DNA of 64,000 nucleotides from Candidatus Eiseniibacteriota bacterium (GTDB lineage Bacteria; Eisenbacteria; RBG-16-71-46; CAVPCR01): NCBI GenBank assembly GCA_963702435.1, contig CAVPCR010000004.1, positions 288,001 to 352,000 of the forward strand, read 5' to 3'. Shown piece by piece: positions 1 to 12,014 of this stretch (position 1 is its first letter; each line of letters starts with the position of its first letter). The notes under the pieces were generated by a model. It saw only the letters and a program-made list of their open reading frames with translations, ran no database searches and was not told where the DNA came from. The position numbers and the translations under genes were made by a program.

Positions 1-863
1 TAGCGGCGCATGTGGGGCCGCCGGATCCGTTCCCAGGTCGCCGCGTAGACGCGGTCCGGATCGGTGGGATCGATGACCAGATCCACTGCGCCGGTCGAGT
101 CGGTCACCGCGAGCACGTGGTCCCACGTCGCGCCGGCGTCGGTCGAGCGGAAGACGCCGCGCTCCGGTCCGGTGGAGAAGAGGCTCCCCATCGCCGCGAC
201 GAAGACCCGGTCCGGGTTTACCGGATCGACGACCACGCGCCCGATGTAGCGGGTCGCCTCGAGGCCGACGTTGGTCCAGGTGACGCCGCCGTTGGTGGTC
301 TTGTAGACCCCGTTCCCGCCGTAAGTGACGCTGCCGCCGCCGCCGTTCGGCTCGCCGGTGCCGACATAGAGGATGTTCCCGTCGTTCGGGTGGATGGCGA
401 GGTCGCCGATCGAGAGCGTCTCGAGATAGTCCGAGAGCGGGGTCCAGGTGACGCCGCCGTCCACCGTCTTGAGCACGCCGCCCTCGGCGGCGCCGACGTA
501 GACGGTGAGCGGGTCGTGAGGATCGATGGCGAGGTCGGCGATCCGCCCGCCGATGTGGGTCGGCCCGACCGGGTCCCACGGTATGGCGTTGTCCGGGATC
601 GTGGCGCGGAGCGCCGCCGCCTCGGCCCGCATGCGGGCGAGGTCGGCGGGATCCACGTCGGCGTGCGGATAGGCGCGCTGGGCGAGGAACCAGTCGCTCG
701 GGGTGGTGCCCTCGCGTTCTTCGATCTCGCGTTCCGCCTCTTCGCCCGGGTCTTCCTCCCGGCCGGGCGGCTCGGCGGGGGGAAGAGCGAGGAGAAGGGC
801 AGCGCCGGCAGCGAGGGCGAGCAGGGCGGGAAGCAGGTGGCGTGCGCGGTGGGGAGAGGTCAT
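1..863 (-). CDS. Secreted BNR/VPS10 (sortilin-like) beta-propeller protein, putative glycosyl hydrolase; runs off the window start
   Basis: Not in the ORF track; translated by hand from ATG at 863: MTSPHRARHLLPALLALAAGAALLLALP (signal peptide)...WDPVGPTHIGGRIADLAIDP...GGVLKTVDGGVTW...GNGVYKTTNGGVTW...RGVFRSTDAGATW (repeated Asp-box motifs). Confidence 0.85.
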   Translation of the reverse strand, partial: MTSPHRARHLLPALLALAAGAALLLALPPAEPPGREEDPGEEAEREIEEREGTTPSDWFLAQRAYPHADVDPADLARMRAEAAALRATIPDNAIPWDPVGPTHIGGRIADLAIDPHDPLTVYVGAAEGGVLKTVDGGVTWTPLSDYLETLSIGDLAIHPNDGNILYVGTGEPNGGGGSVTYGGNGVYKTTNGGVTWTNVGLEATRYIGRVVVDPVNPDRVFVAAMGSLFSTGPERGVFRSTDAGATWDHVLAVTDSTGAVDLVIDPTDPDRVYAATWERIRRPHMRR

Positions 864-1307
864 CGGATCGGGCTCCTAAGGGAGTGGTGTGAACCGGCCT
901 CAAGCACCCTCTATCTTAGCGGTTTTGCCGGCTTGCCGGGAGACCAGGGAGGCGACTGCGGGTGTCCCGGGCGCCCGCGTCCGCGCTTCACCCGCTGGCG
1001 GAACCGGTGGAAAGGTGCTAGGATGCCGCCCTGGCCGCGCGATGGACACGCAGTCCATCCCGGCACTCCCGTCGATGGGTGGCGCGGCCGCCGTGCCCCG
1101 CTGGCGCCGGCTCCGCTCCTCTGCTCCCTTTCGTTTTCCTCCCGAGTCACTACCGGGAATCGACATCGTCCGACCGCCGCCGCGCAGGGCTCTGGTCCGG
1201 CGTGACGGCGGGACTCCGAGTGGACCTGTCCTCGATCAGCAGCCGAGGGCAGGTCGCTTTCTCCCCTGGGGCCCGAAAGGCGCGCCGGCGTTTGCGGCGC
1301 GCGCGAC

Positions 1308-2135
1308 ATGATGATCGACCCGATCTCCCGACTCCTGCTCAGGAAGGCAGCGGCCGAGGACGATCGCGCCGGCGAACCCGAGACCGTGGCGCTCATGTAC
1401 CACGGGGTCGTCGCGCGCGGCGGCCGGCCGAACACGCGCTTCGATGTGCGTGCCGACGCCTTCTCGAACCAGCTCGACCTGCTCGCCGGGGCCGGCTTCG
1501 AGACCGTGCGCGTTGCTGACCTGCTCCGGGGGGAGGCGAGCGGGCGCCGCCGCGTCGCCATCACCTTCGACGACGGGTTCCGGAACAACTACGAGGGTGC
1601 GGTGCGCCCGCTTCTCGACCGCCGGATGACCGCGAGCTGGTACGTCGTGTCGGACTTCGTCGGCGGGATCGCGTCCTGGGTCGACGGCGACCGGCGGGAG
1701 CGGGAGATCCTCACCGAAGCGGAGCTCCGGGCGATGATCGCGGCCGGACTCGAGATCGGTTCGCACACGCGCCGGCATCTCGATCTCACCAAGGCGGCTC
1801 CCGAGGAGATCGAGAGCGAGGTCGCCGGCTCCAAGCGGGACCTCGAGGATCGACTGTCCGCTCCGATCCGCACGTTCGCCTATCCCTACGGGCGATTCAA
1901 CGGCCGGGTGCGGGAGACCGTCGCCGCGGCGGGCTATGCCGCCGCCTGCGCCACGCGATCCGGGTTCGTCCGGGCCGCGGAGGATCGTTACGCCATGCGC
2001 CGGGTCACGATCACCTGGGACGACACGCTGTCGAGCTTCGCCCGGAAGCTTGCTCTCGCCGACAACGATGTCGCCTGGGGGGATGTCGCCCGGCATGGAG
2101 TCCGCCATCTGCACGCACGGTTGCGTGCCGGCTGA
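1308..2135 (+). CDS. Polysaccharide deacetylase (NodB/CE4 family)
   Basis: LMYH, ITFDDGF, IGSHTRRH and FAYPYG motifs. Confidence 0.9.
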   Translation: MMIDPISRLLLRKAAAEDDRAGEPETVALMYHGVVARGGRPNTRFDVRADAFSNQLDLLAGAGFETVRVADLLRGEASGRRRVAITFDDGFRNNYEGAVRPLLDRRMTASWYVVSDFVGGIASWVDGDRREREILTEAELRAMIAAGLEIGSHTRRHLDLTKAAPEEIESEVAGSKRDLEDRLSAPIRTFAYPYGRFNGRVRETVAAAGYAAACATRSGFVRAAEDRYAMRRVTITWDDTLSSFARKLALADNDVAWGDVARHGVRHLHARLRAG

Positions 2136-2161
2136 GCGCACCCACGCAAGGGATTGCATCC

Positions 2162-3085
2162 ATGACGCTCACCACCGTTGCCATCTGCACCTACAACGCC
2201 CGGGCCCATCTCGAGACCCTGCTGCCGGCGATCGCCGCGCAGGAGATCGACCGTCCCTTCGAGCTCTTGGTCGTCGACAACAACAGCACCGACGGCACGA
2301 GCGACCTCGTGCGCGAGCTTGGCCGCCGCTCCGCGGTGCCCCTGCGCATCGTTCACGAGCCGGTCCAGGGGATTCCGTACGCCCGCAACCGCGCGATCGA
2401 GGAGTCGGCGGCGAGCGAGTTCCTCGTGTTCATCGACGCGGACGAGCTGCCGCGGCCCGGGTGGCTCCGGGCGGCGGTCGACGCCCTCGATCGGGAGGGC
2501 GCCGAGTGTGCAGGCGGCCCGATCCGGGTGCGGCTCCCCGGGCCGCGGCCCGGCTGGATGACCGACTATCTCCTCCTCTTCCTCGGGGCGCTCGACCACG
2601 GCGCCGCTCCGTTCTGGATCACGGATCGCCGGACGCCCGTGTGGAGCGGCAACGTCGCTTACCGCCGCTCGCTATTCGCCTCCGGACTCCGCTTCGACCA
2701 TCGGTACAACCGGGCGGGGAAGGGCGTCGGCGGCGGATCGGATTCCGTCATGTTCCGCCACCTGCTCGGCGCCGAGGTCCGCATGCGTTACCGCCCGGAC
2801 ATGGAGATCGAGCATCTGATCGGGCCCGACAAGATGCGCCGGCGCTACTTCCTGCACCTGAATCTCACCGCGGGTACCAAGTTCGGGCGCTTCAGCGAGG
2901 AGCGGTTCCAGCGCACGCTCCTGGGCGTGCCGCCGTACATGGCGGTGGAGGCGCTCCGCCATCTCACCTCGGCGCTCGGTAAGGCGGTGGCCCGGAAGCC
3001 CGACGCCATGCATCAGGCCACCCGGGCCGCGCGCGTGGTCGGCGCGCTAAGCGGTTGCTTCCAGCGCTGGCGCCAGCGCGCCTGA
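2162..3085 (+). CDS. Glycosyltransferase family 2
   Basis: ICTYN, VVDNNSTDGT, ARNRAI and FIDAD motifs. Confidence 0.9.
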   Translation: MTLTTVAICTYNARAHLETLLPAIAAQEIDRPFELLVVDNNSTDGTSDLVRELGRRSAVPLRIVHEPVQGIPYARNRAIEESAASEFLVFIDADELPRPGWLRAAVDALDREGAECAGGPIRVRLPGPRPGWMTDYLLLFLGALDHGAAPFWITDRRTPVWSGNVAYRRSLFASGLRFDHRYNRAGKGVGGGSDSVMFRHLLGAEVRMRYRPDMEIEHLIGPDKMRRRYFLHLNLTAGTKFGRFSEERFQRTLLGVPPYMAVEALRHLTSALGKAVARKPDAMHQATRAARVVGALSGCFQRWRQRA

Positions 3086-3087
3086 GA

Positions 3088-4005
3088 TCAGCCGTCGCGG
3101 CGACCCTTCCGCTCCTCGAGCTCCTCGAGCTCCTCGAGCGTGCGCGGCCAGTCGCCCTTGAGCAGTCGCGACAGCGCGCGATCGGCGAGGAGCTTCCCGC
3201 CGGTCTGGCAGGCGGCGCAGTAGTTGGCCTCGTTCGCCGCGTAGACGATCCGCTGCACGGGCGCGGCGCAGACCGGGCACGGCTGCCGGTATCGCCCATG
3301 CACCGCCATCCCGGGATGAAATGCGGTCACCTTGTCCGGGAAGGCGTCGCCCGTCTCGTCGCGAAGCCGCGCCGTCCACTCGCCGAGGATCTCCTGCGCG
3401 GCGCGATGGAGCGCCGCGATCTCCTCCGGGCCCAGGCGTTGCGTGAGCTTGACCGGTGAGAGGCGGGCGCGATGCAGGATCTCGTCCGAGTAGGCGTTCC
3501 CGATCCCGCTGAACAGCCGCGGATCGGTGAGCGCGCGCTTGAGCGTGTGGTTCTCGGCACGGAGCGCCGCGCGGAACGCGGCGAGGTCGGCGCCGAGCAC
3601 GTCGAGGCCGCCGCGATCGTGCGCGGCGAGCGCCGCCCGGCCGCGCGCGAGGTGGATCGAGGCGCGCTTCTGCGTGCTTGCCTCGGTGAGGACGAGGACG
3701 CCCGGCGGGAAGTCGAAGGCGGCGAGACCGAGCTTGCGATTCAGGGCGGTGCCCGGCGGTTTCCAGCGGAGCCGCCCGGCGATCATCAGATGGATGACGA
3801 CGAAGAGGTCGTCCTCGAGCCCGAGGACGATGCGCTTCCCCAGCCGCTCGAGAGAGCGCACGCGCTTGCCGGCGAGCTCGGCGGGGGAGGGGCTCACCGA
3901 TTGCAGCACGAAGGGGCTCGCGATGCGGAGGGTGGTGAGCGGCTCGCCGAGCACGCGCGGCGCGAGGCAATCGAGGTAAACCAGGATGTCGGGCAGCTCC
4001 GGCAT
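3088..4005 (-). CDS. Fpg/Nei family DNA glycosylase/AP lyase
   Basis: Start trimmed to MPELPDI (N-terminal PE motif); [13 protein letters not shown]2[13 protein letters not shown], zinc finger CPVC...CAAC. Confidence 0.92.
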   Translation of the reverse strand: MPELPDILVYLDCLAPRVLGEPLTTLRIASPFVLQSVSPSPAELAGKRVRSLERLGKRIVLGLEDDLFVVIHLMIAGRLRWKPPGTALNRKLGLAAFDFPPGVLVLTEASTQKRASIHLARGRAALAAHDRGGLDVLGADLAAFRAALRAENHTLKRALTDPRLFSGIGNAYSDEILHRARLSPVKLTQRLGPEEIAALHRAAQEILGEWTARLRDETGDAFPDKVTAFHPGMAVHGRYRQPCPVCAAPVQRIVYAANEANYCAACQTGGKLLADRALSRLLKGDWPRTLEELEELEERKGRRDG

Positions 4006-4037
4006 GCGAATCCCCTGACCGCCGGCTCCCCGCCGCG

Positions 4038-4934
4038 CTAGCCGCGCCGGAGGAGGACCACGACTCCCGCCACGGCGAGGACAGTGCCGGCGATCGCGCG
4101 GAGGGTCGGGCGCTCGCCGAACACCCGCGCGGAAAGCGGAATGACGAGAATCGGGGTGAGCGCCATGAGCGTGAGCGCAACACCGGTCTCGGTGAGCTTC
4201 AAGCTCACGAGCGAGAGCCACACGCCGAGGTACGGCCCGAGCACGCTCGCGACGCCGATCAGGGCGAGGAAGCGAGGCGTGCGGAACGCAGTGCGGAGGC
4301 GTGGCGCGCCGCGGTCGATGAGCGCCATGGCGAAGGCGAGCGCGATGCCGGCTGCGGTCATGCGCACGAGCGTGGCGGGCAGCGGATCGATCGCCTGCAT
4401 GCCCCGCTTCGCGAGGATCGCCCCGCTCGCCTGGCAGATGGCGCCGCCGAGGGCCGCGAGGAGCCCGAGCGCGCGATGAGGCGCATGGAATCCGGGGGTG
4501 GGCACGCGTTCTTCGATCACCCAGATGATGCCGCCCAGGGTGAGCGCCATGCCGATCCAGCCCATGGTCCCCAGGTGCTCGCCGAGGAGGGCGAGAGCGC
4601 CGAGGGCCGAGAGCGGCGGGGCGAGCGCCATCATGAGGGAGGCGAGGCGCGGGCCGATCCAGGCGTAGCTCTGGAAGAGCAGCGTGTCGCCGAGCGCGAG
4701 GCCGACGACCCCGGAGAGGGCCAGATCGGCGATGCGGGCGGCGGGCGCCTCCGCGGGCCGGACGGCGCCGGTGGCCGCCCACAGGGTGATGCCGAGGAGG
4801 AGACATGCGGCGAGGGTCCGGATCGTGTTGACGGCGAAGGCGGACACGTGGCGCCCGGCTAGCGTGAACAGGACCGAGGTCACCGACCACAGGGCCGCCG
4901 TCGTGAGGGCCGCGATCTCCCCGGCGTGGCTCAT
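4038..4934 (-). CDS. EamA/DMT family transporter
   Basis: About 10 hydrophobic segments in two repeats; GEHL and FGER turn motifs. Confidence 0.85.
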   Translation of the reverse strand: MSHAGEIAALTTAALWSVTSVLFTLAGRHVSAFAVNTIRTLAACLLLGITLWAATGAVRPAEAPAARIADLALSGVVGLALGDTLLFQSYAWIGPRLASLMMALAPPLSALGALALLGEHLGTMGWIGMALTLGGIIWVIEERVPTPGFHAPHRALGLLAALGGAICQASGAILAKRGMQAIDPLPATLVRMTAAGIALAFAMALIDRGAPRLRTAFRTPRFLALIGVASVLGPYLGVWLSLVSLKLTETGVALTLMALTPILVIPLSARVFGERPTLRAIAGTVLAVAGVVVLLRRG

Positions 4935-4979
4935 GTCGCCGTCGGGGCCTGGAGCGGCGCGCGGGGGCCTGCGGGGCTT

Positions 4980-5052
4980 GTTGCCAAAATGGCCGGATGC
5001 CGGGTGCCGGCAGACGCGGTCCAGACGCCAGCGGAGTTGCCACTATGGCAAC
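4980..5052. promoter_or_regulatory. Paired palindromic sites, candidate enhancer-binding-protein sites
   Basis: Perfect GTTGCCA-CTA-TGGCAAC at 5036-5052 and partial GTTGCCA-AAA-TGGC at 4980-4993. Confidence 0.4.
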
Positions 5053-5249
5053 GCCAGAGATCAGATCGGGTTAAGCCTGGGTCCCGGGATTGCCCATATT
5101 TTGTTGAATCGCAAGCGATTGGGCACGATCTTGAGAGTAGTGCAAGCGTGCCATTTGGGCTCGACTTCCGCTCGAGCCGCGATTCCGCATCGTGGGTCCG
5201 AGTTCCTAAGAGCTTTGGCCACATGTAGTTATCCCGTCCGAATGGTGCG

Positions 5250-5264
5250 TGGCACGAAAGCTGC
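5250..5264 (+). promoter_or_regulatory. Sigma54-type -24/-12 promoter upstream of groESL
   Basis: TGGCACGAAAGCTGC, with GG(5251-52)-N10-GC(5263-64); close to consensus TGGCACG-N4-TTGC. Confidence 0.6.
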
Positions 5265-5430
5265 CTGAAAACTTATCTGAACGATGGCAGACTGTGGGCT
5301 GGACGCCACGAGCAGCTCCCGGCCAGGGACGAACCACCAGGCCGGGATGGCCGCCGAGGCCCCGCGTCCACGTTGAACCCAGTACCCCCGCAACCGCGGG
5401 GTAAGCGAGAATGGCACAAGGAGAAGTGCG

Positions 5431-5730
5431 ATGGCCATGACTGTCCATCCTCTGTCGGATCGGATCCTGATCAAGCGCCTCGAGGAAGAGGAAATGAAGC
5501 GCGGCGGGATCATCATTCCGGACACAGCCAAGGAGAAGCCCCAGCAGGGCGAGGTGATCGCCGTCGGCCCCGGCCGCTTCGACGAGAGCGGGAAGCGGGT
5601 GCCGATGGAGGTCAAGAAGGGCGACCGCATCCTCATCGGCAAGTACTCGGGCACCGAGGTCAAGATCGAGGGCGGCGAGTACGTGATCCTGCGCGAGGAC
5701 GATGTCCTCGGAATCATTCAGGGCAAGTAA
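5431..5730 (+). CDS. groES: Co-chaperonin GroES
   Basis: [42 protein letters not shown]. Confidence 0.98.
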   Translation: MAMTVHPLSDRILIKRLEEEEMKRGGIIIPDTAKEKPQQGEVIAVGPGRFDESGKRVPMEVKKGDRILIGKYSGTEVKIEGGEYVILREDDVLGIIQGK

Positions 5731-5840
5731 GGACGAGGCGCGCCGGCGCTTGCACGAGGCGGCGCTCACGGATCGGATCCCTGCGGGCCCGTTCATGGCG
5801 CCCGTCACCCCGCCCGATGAAGCGGGTAAAGGAGAAGTAG

Positions 5841-7487
<1,647 letters not shown>

Positions 7488-7543
7488 ACCGCTTCCACTG
7501 AACTCAACGGGTGGCGCCGGAACACGGGTGTCGCCAACGACGG

Positions 7544-7576
7544 GGGCCGGATCCGGCAACGGATCCGGCCCTTCGT
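7544..7576 (+). terminator. Hairpin terminator after groEL, in the gap between convergent genes
   Basis: 12-bp stem GGGCCGGATCCG / CGGATCCGGCCC with GCAA tetraloop and a weak T tail (TTCGT). Confidence 0.7.
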
Positions 7577-7646
7577 GCGTCCGGCCCCGGTGTCGGGGCG
7601 CCGGCGGGATCGGGGCGCGGGCGGGATCGGGGTGCGGCGCCGCGCG

Positions 7647-8708
7647 TCAGGAGCGGGCGAGGCCGGCGAGGTGTCCCCGGCGCTCGAGGTCGCGGACTGT
7701 CTCCCGGATGGTCGTGGCGAGCGGCCGGAACTCGAGGCCGAGCTCGCGGCGGATCTTCGCGTTGTCGAAGCGGAGCTCGCGGCCGATGTGGGAGAGGAGA
7801 TAGTCGCGGACGCCGCGCGGGCGCGTGTGCGCGGCGAGCCGCATGAGGCGATCGCCGGACGGCGAATCGAGCCCGATCCGCGGTAGCCGGTAGCGGCCGT
7901 AGCCGTCGGCCCGCAACATCGTCACGACCTCGCGCATGGTGATCGTCTCGCCGGCGCAGATGTAGCGGCCGGCGGCGGTGGGAGCCTCCATGGCCCTGAC
8001 ATGGGCGCGCGCGACGTCGCGCACGTCGACGAATCCCCAGGTGAGACTCATGATCACCGGGTACGCGCCGCTCATCATGTCCACGAACATCTTGTTCGAC
8101 GTGCCGAGCGACGGGACGAGCGACGGCCCGACGACGATGAAGGGATTGAGGACGACCAGGTCGAAACCGGGTTCCTCCTCCGCCATGAAGCGCCAGGCTT
8201 CCTTCTCGGCGAGCGTCTTCGAGTAGTAGTAGGGGTTGCGGGAGAGCGAGGACTTCCCGTTCCAGTCCGCCTCGGTGAGGACGTGCCCGCGCGCCGGCTC
8301 GTCGGTGATTGCGGCCATCGACGAGGTGAGGACGACCCGCCTGACGGTGCCAGAGCGGGCGGCGGCGGCAAGCACCTCGCGCGTGCCGGCGACCGCCGGT
8401 CGGACGATCTCGCGTTCCGGATCGCGGGCGTCGAGGATGAAGGGGCTCGCCGTGTGCAGGACGCACCCGGCGCCGGCGACCGCCGCGTCGAAGGAGCCGG
8501 GGGCGAGGAGATCGGCCGCGAAGAGCGCGATGCGATCGCCTGCGCCGGGCCAGGTGGCGGCCGGATCGCGGGCGAGCCTGCTCTCGAGGTTGCGCACGGT
8601 GCCGCGCACGCGGTAGCCGGCCTGGAGGAGGTCGGCGACGATCTGGGCCGCGATGAATCCGGAGGCGCCGGTCACGCACACGGGCCGGCCGCTGGCGGGC
8701 GAGGTCAT
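7647..8708 (-). CDS. NAD-dependent epimerase/dehydratase (dihydroflavonol-reductase-like extended SDR)
   Basis: VCVTGASGFIA, HTASPF, TSSMAA, YYYSK, FVDVRDVARAH; start placed at ATG 8708. Confidence 0.9.
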   Translation of the reverse strand: MTSPASGRPVCVTGASGFIAAQIVADLLQAGYRVRGTVRNLESRLARDPAATWPGAGDRIALFAADLLAPGSFDAAVAGAGCVLHTASPFILDARDPEREIVRPAVAGTREVLAAAARSGTVRRVVLTSSMAAITDEPARGHVLTEADWNGKSSLSRNPYYYSKTLAEKEAWRFMAEEEPGFDLVVLNPFIVVGPSLVPSLGTSNKMFVDMMSGAYPVIMSLTWGFVDVRDVARAHVRAMEAPTAAGRYICAGETITMREVVTMLRADGYGRYRLPRIGLDSPSGDRLMRLAAHTRPRGVRDYLLSHIGRELRFDNAKIRRELGLEFRPLATTIRETVRDLERRGHLAGLARS

Positions 8709-8791
8709 GATGGGGAGATTGGAGCACTCCGGGGCGCGGGAGGAAAGTGTAAGATCCGCGCGTTCCCCCGGCAGGAAGGAGGTCTCCGGCA

Positions 8792-9793
8792 ATGACGCAG
8801 TGGTACTTCAGCTATGGGGGCCGACAGCTGGGCCCGCTCGATGCAGGACAGGCCGTCGCACAGGCGGCGCAGGACCCGAACGGCCACGTCTGGCGGCAGG
8901 GATTCACCGATTGGCTGCCGATCAAGGACGTCGCCGAGCTCCGCCCCGGCGCTCCCGGCACCCCGGGCGCCGGCGTGCAGCCACCGCCCCTCGATCGGCG
9001 CGGTGCCGACGACATCGAGTTCACGATCCACGGCGCCGAGATGCAGTTCGTCGAGATCCAGCTCGATCCGGGCGAGAGCGCGGTCGCCGAGGCCGGGACG
9101 CTCATGTACAAGGATCCGAGCGTCGAGATGCACACGCTCTTCGGCGACGGGTCCGACCAGGGCAACCGCTCCCTGGTGGACCATCTCGTCGGTGCCGGAA
9201 AGCGCCTCCTGACCGGGGAGAGCCTCTTCATCACCGTCTTCACCCACACCGGCCAGGGCAAGGCGCGCGCCGCCTTCGCGGCACCCTACCCGGGGACCAT
9301 CCTGCCGATCACGCTCAAGAACCTGGGCGGACGCCTCATCTGCCAGAAGGACGCGTTTCTCTGCGCCGCCAAGGGTGTGGCGATCGGCATCCACTTCCAG
9401 CGCCGGATCCTGACCGGGCTCTTCGGCGGCGAGGGGTTCATCATGCAGAAGCTCGAGGGCGACGGCCTCGCCTTCCTGCACGCGGGCGGCATGGTGATCG
9501 AACGCGAGCTCGCCCCCGGAGAGGTCCTGCACGTGGACACCGGCTGCCTCGTCGCGCTGCAAGACACGGTCGATTTCGACCTCGAGCAGGTGGGCGGGAT
9601 CAAGTCGATGATCTTCGGCGGCGAGGGCGTCTTCTTCGTGCGCCTCACCGGACCGGGCAAGGTGTGGCTCCAGTCGCTCCCGTTCTCGCGGCTCGCCGGG
9701 CGCATGCTGGCGGCGGCGCCGACCCGCGGCGCGAAGCGCGACGAGGGCTCGGTGCTCGGCCCGCTCGGCGACATCCTGCGCGGCGATCGCTAA
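8792..9793 (+). CDS. AIM24/TIGR00266 family protein with N-terminal GYF_2-like domain
   Basis: N-terminal WYFSYGGRQLGP...VWRQGFTDW; GESLF, GLFGGEGF, LTGPGKVWLQSLP. Confidence 0.88.
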   Translation: MTQWYFSYGGRQLGPLDAGQAVAQAAQDPNGHVWRQGFTDWLPIKDVAELRPGAPGTPGAGVQPPPLDRRGADDIEFTIHGAEMQFVEIQLDPGESAVAEAGTLMYKDPSVEMHTLFGDGSDQGNRSLVDHLVGAGKRLLTGESLFITVFTHTGQGKARAAFAAPYPGTILPITLKNLGGRLICQKDAFLCAAKGVAIGIHFQRRILTGLFGGEGFIMQKLEGDGLAFLHAGGMVIERELAPGEVLHVDTGCLVALQDTVDFDLEQVGGIKSMIFGGEGVFFVRLTGPGKVWLQSLPFSRLAGRMLAAAPTRGAKRDEGSVLGPLGDILRGDR

Positions 9794-9824
9794 AGGCGGC
9801 GATCGCCGGCGCGGCGGAGGCAAG

Positions 9825-10835
9825 ATGAAGCTCCTCATCCTCGGCGGCACCATGTTCCTCGGCCGGCACCTGGTGACAGCGGCGCTCGAGCGCGGCCACC
9901 AGGTCACGCTCTTCAACCGCGGGAAGACGAACCCCGACCTCTTTCCGGAGGTCGAGAAGATCCGCGGCGACCGCAAGGTGAGCCTCGCGCCGCTCGCCGG
10001 GCGGCGCTTCGACGCGGTGGTCGACACCTGCGGCTACGTGCCGCGCGTCGCCGGCATGGCGGCCACGGCGCTGGCTCCGCTCGTCGATCATTACACCTTC
10101 ATCTCATCGATCTCGGTCTATGCGGACATGAAGACAGCGGGGCAGGACGAGGACGCGCCGGTCGCCACGCTCGCCGATGCGACGACCGAAGAGGTGACGG
10201 GCGAGACCTACGGCGGGCTCAAGGCGCTCTGCGAGAAGGTGGTGACGGAGACCCTGCCCGGGCGCGCGCTCGTCATCCGCCCGGGTCTGATCTCGGGTCC
10301 GTACGATCCGACCGACCGCTTCACCTACTGGCCGGTCCGCATCGTGCGCGGCGGCGAGGTGCTCGCGCCGGCGCCACCGGAGGCGACGACCCAGCACATC
10401 GACGCGCGCGATCTGGCGGCGTGGACCATCCGGGCGGTCGAGTCGCGCCTGACCGGCGTCTTCAACGCGACCGGACCCGACTACCCGCTCACCTGGCGGG
10501 AGATCCTCGAGACCTGCCGCCAAGTGAGCGGGAGCGATGCCACGTTCACCTGGGTGAGCGCCGCGTTCCTCGCCGCGCAGGAGGTGGCGCCGTGGAGCGA
10601 GATCCCGCTCTGGGTGCCGGAGGAGGAGAGCGGGATGCTGAACGTGAGCGTGGCCCGGGCGATCGCCGCCGGGCTCGCCTTCCGGCCGCTCGCGACCACG
10701 GTCGCCGACACGCTCGCCTGGCACGCGACGCGACCCCTTCCCGCCGGCGCTGAGCAGAAACCTGCTCTGAAGAGCGGGATTTCGCCTGAGCGCGAGACGG
10801 CGGTCCTCGCTGCCTGGCGGGCCCAGAGCACGTGA
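9825..10835 (+). CDS. NAD-dependent epimerase/dehydratase (atypical SDR)
   Basis: LILGGTMFLG, FISSISVY, YGGLKALCE, DPTDRFTYW. Confidence 0.88.
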   Translation: MKLLILGGTMFLGRHLVTAALERGHQVTLFNRGKTNPDLFPEVEKIRGDRKVSLAPLAGRRFDAVVDTCGYVPRVAGMAATALAPLVDHYTFISSISVYADMKTAGQDEDAPVATLADATTEEVTGETYGGLKALCEKVVTETLPGRALVIRPGLISGPYDPTDRFTYWPVRIVRGGEVLAPAPPEATTQHIDARDLAAWTIRAVESRLTGVFNATGPDYPLTWREILETCRQVSGSDATFTWVSAAFLAAQEVAPWSEIPLWVPEEESGMLNVSVARAIAAGLAFRPLATTVADTLAWHATRPLPAGAEQKPALKSGISPERETAVLAAWRAQST

Positions 10836-11965
10836 TAGACGGCCAATCTGCATGCCGCTTTCACGCGGTGTGCGCCCCCGGCCTCGAGGCGGTGACCGCC
10901 GCCGAGATCGCCGCCCTCGGCGGCGCGGAGATCGCGGCGACGCGGGGCGGGGTCGGCTTCTCCGGGCCGCTGGTCCTCGGCTTCCGCGCCAACCTCTGGC
11001 TCCGCACCGCGGTCGAGGTGCGGCTCCGCCTCGCCCGCTTCCACGCGCCGAGCGAGCGGCTTCTCGCCGAGCGGGCGGGAGAGGTCGAGTGGGGCGCCTA
11101 CGTGCGCGCGGGCGACAGCGTGGAGGTGCGCGTGAGCGTGACGCGCTCGCATCTCGCGCACACGGGCCGGATCGCCGAGCTCGTGGCGTCCGCCGCCGGC
11201 GCGTCGCTCGCGCCGGGCGCCGCCGGCACGCGTCTCCACGCGCGGTTCGTGAACGACACCGCGACTCTCTCGATCGACATGTCGGGCGAGCTCCTCCATC
11301 GCCGCGGCTACCGGCAGGAGACGGGACCGGCTCCCCTCCGCGAGACGATTGCCGCGGCGCTTCTCCTCGCGCTCGACTGGGATGGCACGATGCCGCTCGT
11401 CGATCCCATGTGCGGCTCCGGCACGTTCGTGATCGAGGCGGCGCTCATCGCCCTGCGCATCGCCCCGGGACTCCGCCGGAGCTTCGCCTGCGAGCGCTGG
11501 CCGGTGAGCGAGCGCACGACCTGGGAGGCGCTCCGCGCGGAGGCCGAGTCGCTGGTCCGCGCCGTGCTGCCCGCGCCCATCGCGGGCTCCGATCGCAATG
11601 CCGGGGCCGTCGGTGTGGCGCGCCGGAACGCCGAGCGCGCAGGTGTCGCGGCGCAGATTGCGCTCGAGCGCCGCTTCCTGGTGGACACCGCGCCGCCGCC
11701 CGGCGCGAGCCCCGGTCTATTCATCACCAATCCGCCCTACGGCCGGCGCGTGACCGCGGTCGCGGACCTCGGTCCCCTCTATGCGGAGATCGGCCGCGTG
11801 CTCGCGGCGCGCTTCGCCGGCTGGCGCGCCGCCATCGTCAGCGCCGATCCCGTTCTCGATGCCCATCTCGGTCTACCGCGGCGGCAGGAGATCCCCTTCG
11901 TCCATGGCGGGCTGCACTGTCGTCTGATCGAACTCGCGCTGGCGGCCGGTGCGGAGAGCATGTAG
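10832..11965 (+). CDS. THUMP-domain RlmL-like RNA methyltransferase
   Basis: ANLWLRTA, LHRRGYR, APLRETIAAA, DPMCGSGTF, NPPYG. Confidence 0.88.
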   Translation: MIDGQSACRFHAVCAPGLEAVTAAEIAALGGAEIAATRGGVGFSGPLVLGFRANLWLRTAVEVRLRLARFHAPSERLLAERAGEVEWGAYVRAGDSVEVRVSVTRSHLAHTGRIAELVASAAGASLAPGAAGTRLHARFVNDTATLSIDMSGELLHRRGYRQETGPAPLRETIAAALLLALDWDGTMPLVDPMCGSGTFVIEAALIALRIAPGLRRSFACERWPVSERTTWEALRAEAESLVRAVLPAPIAGSDRNAGAVGVARRNAERAGVAAQIALERRFLVDTAPPPGASPGLFITNPPYGRRVTAVADLGPLYAEIGRVLAARFAGWRAAIVSADPVLDAHLGLPRRQEIPFVHGGLHCRLIELALAAGAESM

Positions 11966-12014
11966 GATCCGCCGCCGGAAGCATGCAGTGTTCTGGTCGA
12001 CCCCGGAGGTCTCT

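Noticed and set aside
864..1307. ORFs (889..1311, 12..1205) or a riboswitch in the divergent gap
   Set aside because: Pro/Arg-rich translations without motifs; 12..1205 is antisense to the BNR gene; no riboswitch consensus recognised.
4006..5043. N-terminal extension on the Fpg/Nei ORF (651 aa)
   Set aside because: It overlaps the EamA gene in another frame, and Fpg/Nei needs the N-terminal Pro of MPELP.
5121..5153. Additional sigma54 promoters at GGGCACGATCTTGA or the reverse-strand TGGCACGCTTGC
   Set aside because: Neither has the required GG-N10-GC spacing.
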